From contig JANQOX010000012.1 of NCBI GenBank assembly GCA_028285625.1, positions 229,517 to 293,516 on the forward strand: a stretch of DNA of 64,000 bases. Direction: 5' to 3'. The notes under the pieces were generated by a model. It was given only the letters and a program-made list of their open reading frames with translations. It made no database searches and was not told the origin of the DNA. Positions 61,156-64,000 of the stretch are shown piece by piece. Within the stretch, counting starts at the first letter, position 1; the number at the start of each line of letters is the position of its first letter. The DNA is from Myxococcota bacterium (GTDB taxonomy: Bacteria > Myxococcota_A > UBA9160 > UBA6930). The position numbers and the translations under genes were made by a program.

Positions 61156-61551
61156 ATGCATCCTCGAGAGTCACTCCACAGAGCCATCCTCGTCGTCGCG
61201 GCCCTCGGCGCTGCGACGAGCCTGCTGTGGCAGCTCGAAGGGGGAGAGCTCGACTCGCCCGAGTGGTGGCAACTCGCGCTGCCGTTCATCGTCTGGCAGT
61301 GCCTGCCGTTCCTGGCGCTGTTCGCCATGGCGCGGTGGCTGCGGTCGTCGCGGGCAGCCCTGGCTTGGATGCTTGCCGCGTCGCTGGCTGCCCTGGTCGC
61401 TGGCCATGGAGCCATCGCGTATGTCCGCTTCGTTGCCTCGCCGGACGCCCAGAGTGCGCTCGTCTACCCGGTGGTCGCGGGCCTTCAGCTGCTCGGCCTG
61501 TTCCTCGCCTTCATTCTGGCGCTCGTCCTGCGCCGATCGAGTTCGGCCTAG
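61156..61551 (+). CDS. Small integral membrane protein, function unknown
   Basis: ATG at 61156; four predicted hydrophobic helices rich in Trp/Leu and no recognised domain. Confidence 0.45.
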   Translation: MHPRESLHRAILVVAALGAATSLLWQLEGGELDSPEWWQLALPFIVWQCLPFLALFAMARWLRSSRAALAWMLAASLAALVAGHGAIAYVRFVASPDAQSALVYPVVAGLQLLGLFLAFILALVLRRSSSA

Positions 61552-61752
61552 TGACCCGGGCTCTGGTAGCGCGGTCGGCGCGCATACGGCGGGCGATTCG
61601 TGGGACACACTCTCGTGTCACGGAGTGACCGGTTGCCGTCGGCTGGAGGCGCTGGGCTAAACTGAGGTTGCGGTTCGGGAGGCTCCCGCGTCCGCCAAGG
61701 TCGCCCAGCGGAGCGCGACTCGGCCCCCGACGCCTGCCAATGGGGGCTGGAA

Positions 61753-63405
61753 GTGACCGAGCGAGAAAGCTGGGACGCCATCGTGATCGGGTCCGGTCTC
61801 GGTGGACTCACGTGTGCCGCGTACCTGTGCGCCGCGGGAAAGAGGACCCTCGTTCTCGAGGCGCACTACGTCGCGGGCGGCAATTCACAGGCGTTCCGGC
61901 GCAACCTGCACGGCAGCCAGTACGAGTTCGACGTCGGCGTCCACTACATCGGCGAGTGCGGCCCGGACGGCGTCATCACCCGTCTGCTGAACGGCCTGGG
62001 ACTGGCCGAGCGCATCGTGTTCCGGCCACTCGATCCCGACGGCTACTCGACGCTGTACTTCCCGGGTCTCGTCTTTCGCGTTCCCGCCAATTGGGATCGA
62101 TACCGCGAACGCCTGCTGGAGACGTTCCCGCAGGAGGCGGAAGCGCTGGGAAGCGTGGTCGACATCATGCGCCAGGTGGCGAGAGAGGGAAGCCGATTCC
62201 AGCGGGGCGAGATCGGCGTTGCCGACCTCGCGAGCGAGGCGCCCGCCTTCATGAAGTGGGGGCTGCGACCCGTGACGGAGCTCTTTGGCGAGCACCGCCT
62301 GTCGCAGCAGTCGAGCGCGGTGCTGCTCGGCGAGCAGGGCGACTACGCGGTGCGACCCTCGAAGACGCCGACCGGGCTCGCGGCCGGGCTGACCGACCAC
62401 TACATGCGCGGAGCGTTCTATCCCGAAGGCGGCGGACAGGCGATGGCTGCGCGCCTGGTCGAAGCCATCCGGGCCTACGGCGGCGAGGTGCGGACGCGCT
62501 CACCCGTCGAGCGCGTTCGCGTCGAGAACGGTCGCGTCGTCGGGGTGACGCTCGGCAAGACTCACCAGGAGATCGACGCGCCGATCGTCGTTTCGAACGC
62601 CGATCTCAAGCGCACGGTGCAGGCGCTCGTGGGCGAGGAGCATTTCGCCCCGGAGACGGTCGAGCGGGTGCGGGCGTTCCGGATGACGCTTCCACTGTTC
62701 GCCGTCTACGCAGGACTCGACATCGACCTGCGCGAGCTCGGCCACCCCAACACCAACCATTGGCTCTGGGGTACCTACGACATCGAGGGGATCTACGACG
62801 AGGTGGAGGCCGGGGAGCTGCCCGACGACAACCTCGCCTACCTGACGGTCACTTCGCTGCGCGACCCCGAGAGCCCGCACATCGCGCCGAAGCACCACAC
62901 GAACCTTCAGGTCATGACCCTCGTGCCCCAGGACTACGACGTCTGGAACGTCGAAAGGGGCCCGGCAGACGGGGGCCGCTATCACCGCGACCCCGAGTAC
63001 CGGCGCCGCAAGGAGGACCTGATGGACCGCCTGCTGGACAAGGCGGCGGCGGTCGTCCCCGAGCTGCGCGATCACGTGGAGTGGCGCGAGGCCGCTACGC
63101 CGGTGACCCAGGAGCGGTTCACGCGCTCGACCGGCGGGACCTCCTACGGGGTCGAGTTCTCGACGGACCAGATGGGCCCTGCACGCATGGGCTACGAGAC
63201 GGAACTGCCTGGACTGTTCCTGTGCGGCGCCAGCACGCCCTCCGGCCACGGCATCGCGAACGTCATGTTCTCCGGCCTTCGCGCGGCGGAGGCGGCGACC
63301 GGCGAGAGCCTGCGCGCGAGCGTCCTGGCCGGCGAGGTGCTCGGAGACCGCGCCCTGCTGCCGCCGCTCCGCGACGACTGGGACGCCTGGCGCGAGAGCC
63401 ACTGA
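61753..63405 (+). CDS. Phytoene desaturase (CrtI)-family NAD(P)/FAD-dependent oxidoreductase
   Basis: Rossmann motif AIVIGSGLGGLTCAAYL...LVLEAHYVAGGN and a C-terminal LFLCGASTPSGHGI motif; 550 aa. Confidence 0.8.
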   Translation: MTERESWDAIVIGSGLGGLTCAAYLCAAGKRTLVLEAHYVAGGNSQAFRRNLHGSQYEFDVGVHYIGECGPDGVITRLLNGLGLAERIVFRPLDPDGYSTLYFPGLVFRVPANWDRYRERLLETFPQEAEALGSVVDIMRQVAREGSRFQRGEIGVADLASEAPAFMKWGLRPVTELFGEHRLSQQSSAVLLGEQGDYAVRPSKTPTGLAAGLTDHYMRGAFYPEGGGQAMAARLVEAIRAYGGEVRTRSPVERVRVENGRVVGVTLGKTHQEIDAPIVVSNADLKRTVQALVGEEHFAPETVERVRAFRMTLPLFAVYAGLDIDLRELGHPNTNHWLWGTYDIEGIYDEVEAGELPDDNLAYLTVTSLRDPESPHIAPKHHTNLQVMTLVPQDYDVWNVERGPADGGRYHRDPEYRRRKEDLMDRLLDKAAAVVPELRDHVEWREAATPVTQERFTRSTGGTSYGVEFSTDQMGPARMGYETELPGLFLCGASTPSGHGIANVMFSGLRAAEAATGESLRASVLAGEVLGDRALLPPLRDDWDAWRESH

Positions 63406-63417
63406 CGCGGCGCCCCT

Positions 63418-63533
63418 CCGCCAACACCCGAGGTGGCTTCCGGCCTCGCCGGAGCGGGGCGGGATGGTGGAGCCGAGCGGGATCGAACCGCCAACACCCG
63501 AGGCGGCGAGGAAGTCGCGCCAGGGAGGGCGGG
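63418..63533 (-). repeat. Tandem ~69-bp units containing a copy of the 3' 31 nt of tRNA-Ala (tRNA fragment / att-like direct repeat)
   Basis: tggtggagccgagcgggatcgaaccgccaac at 63466-63496 is identical to 63534-63564 (tRNA T-arm, 3' acceptor strand and CCA). The adjoining ccgccaacacccgagg recurs at 63418 and 63488. Confidence 0.85.
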
Positions 63534-63609
63534 TGGTGGAGCCGAGCGGGATCGAACCGCCAACCTCTGCGTTGCGAACGCAGCGCTCTCCCAATTGAGC
63601 TACGGCCCC
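63534..63609 (-). tRNA. tRNA-Ala (anticodon CGC)
   Basis: The reverse complement GGGGCCGTAGCTCAATTGGGAGAGCGCTGCGTTCGCAACGCAGAGGTTGGCGGTTCGATCCCGCTCGGCTCCACCA folds by hand into a 76-nt cloverleaf with the G3:U70 Ala identity pair, anticodon loop TTCGCAA, T-loop TTCGATC and an encoded CCA. Confidence 0.92.
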
Positions 63610-63691
63610 ACGCTTGGGAGCGGGGGACGTTAGCAGGATCGCGGCCGGGGGCGCCCGGCCCCCTGGGGCCTCGCGCGCCCGGACGAGAGGA

Positions 63692-64000
63692 TCAGGACGC
63701 GCCGAGCCAGCCCAGGGCGGCGGGGAGCGCGCCCAGGGCCAGGGCGCCGTCCACCACCAGCAGGCCGTAGCGCTCGCTGGGCCGAAAGCCGATCACCGCG
63801 GCCGCCATGGCCAGGGGGAGCGGCAGCAGCGGGCGAAGCGCGTCCGGGCCCAGCAGCCCCAGCGCCAACGCCGGCAGCAGCAAGCCCAGGGCCACGCGGA
63901 GCGCGCCTTGGCTCCCCAGGCGCGCCGCCCCGCCCTCTCCGTCTCTCAGGTTCGAGAGCACCACGTTCGAGGCCACGCACGACGCGACCAGCAAGGCCAC
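63692..64000 (-). CDS. Partial hydrophobic membrane protein (N-terminus beyond the window edge)
   Basis: The ORF is open to the right window edge. It is Leu/Ala/Gly-rich and hydrophobic, and cannot be separated confidently from a GC artefact. Confidence 0.3.
   Translation of the reverse strand: MALLVASCVASNVVLSNLRDGEGGAARLGSQGALRVALGLLLPALALGLLGPDALRPLLPLPLAMAAAVIGFRPSERYGLLVVDGALALGALPAALGWLGAS

Noticed and set aside
63466-63533. A second tRNA gene next to tRNA-Ala
   Set aside because: Only the T-arm, 3' acceptor strand and CCA are present. The upstream sequence cannot form a 5' acceptor strand, D-arm or anticodon arm. It is reported as a tRNA fragment repeat instead.

Overview
This is a visibly very GC-rich bacterial chromosomal segment made almost entirely of housekeeping genes. 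I saw no transposase, integrase, CRISPR array or recognisable defence system. The core is an origin-type synteny block: gyrA<-gyrB<-dnaN diverges from rpmH->rnpA->yidD->yidC->jag->rsmG->parA->parB, followed by a bactofilin gene. The F1Fo ATP synthase is split into two loci: atpZ-atpI-atpB-atpE on the minus strand (18.9-20.7 kb) and b'-b-atpHAGDC on the plus strand (36.7-42.7 kb). The remaining genes are:
- left flank: glnE (3' part), a type-B carboxylesterase, serC, a large DEAD/DEAH helicase, a REC-like/PilZ protein, an alkyltransferase-like protein with a GST, an ECF41/SigJ-like sigma factor with an FAD oxidoreductase, a surA-like gene, uvrA, a CPBP protease, egtB, tmk and hemL;
- right flank: a PEP-CTERM protein, nagA, bioB-bioF-bioD, radA, a polyprenyl synthase, comEA, a BtuF/FecCD/ATPase ABC importer, eno, a DHDPS-family aldolase with a PfkB-SIS fusion protein, a USP, a CrtI-like oxidoreductase and tRNA-Ala(CGC).
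The most notable observations are:
- dnaA and recF are missing from their canonical slots at the dnaN|rpmH junction, where gene orientation also flips;
- five perfect copies of a GC-shifted parS palindrome (GTTCCACGTGGAAC) flank rsmG upstream of parAB;
- a 400-bp spacer with nested inverted and direct repeats lies between parB and the bactofilin gene;
- several short tandem duplications sit exactly at gene termini, one extending YidD and two duplicating stop-codon-containing gene ends;
- the 3' half of tRNA-Ala is repeated in tandem next to the intact tRNA;
- candidate BirA-operator and ECF41-type promoter motifs are present;
- an aldolase plus kinase-isomerase fusion pair has no assignable pathway.
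Gene content (bactofilin, PEP-CTERM, split atp operons, parS variant) suggests a Myxococcota/deltaproteobacteria-like lineage, but that is only an inference. Many long alternate-frame and antisense ORFs in the supplied track are GC-composition artefacts and were not annotated.
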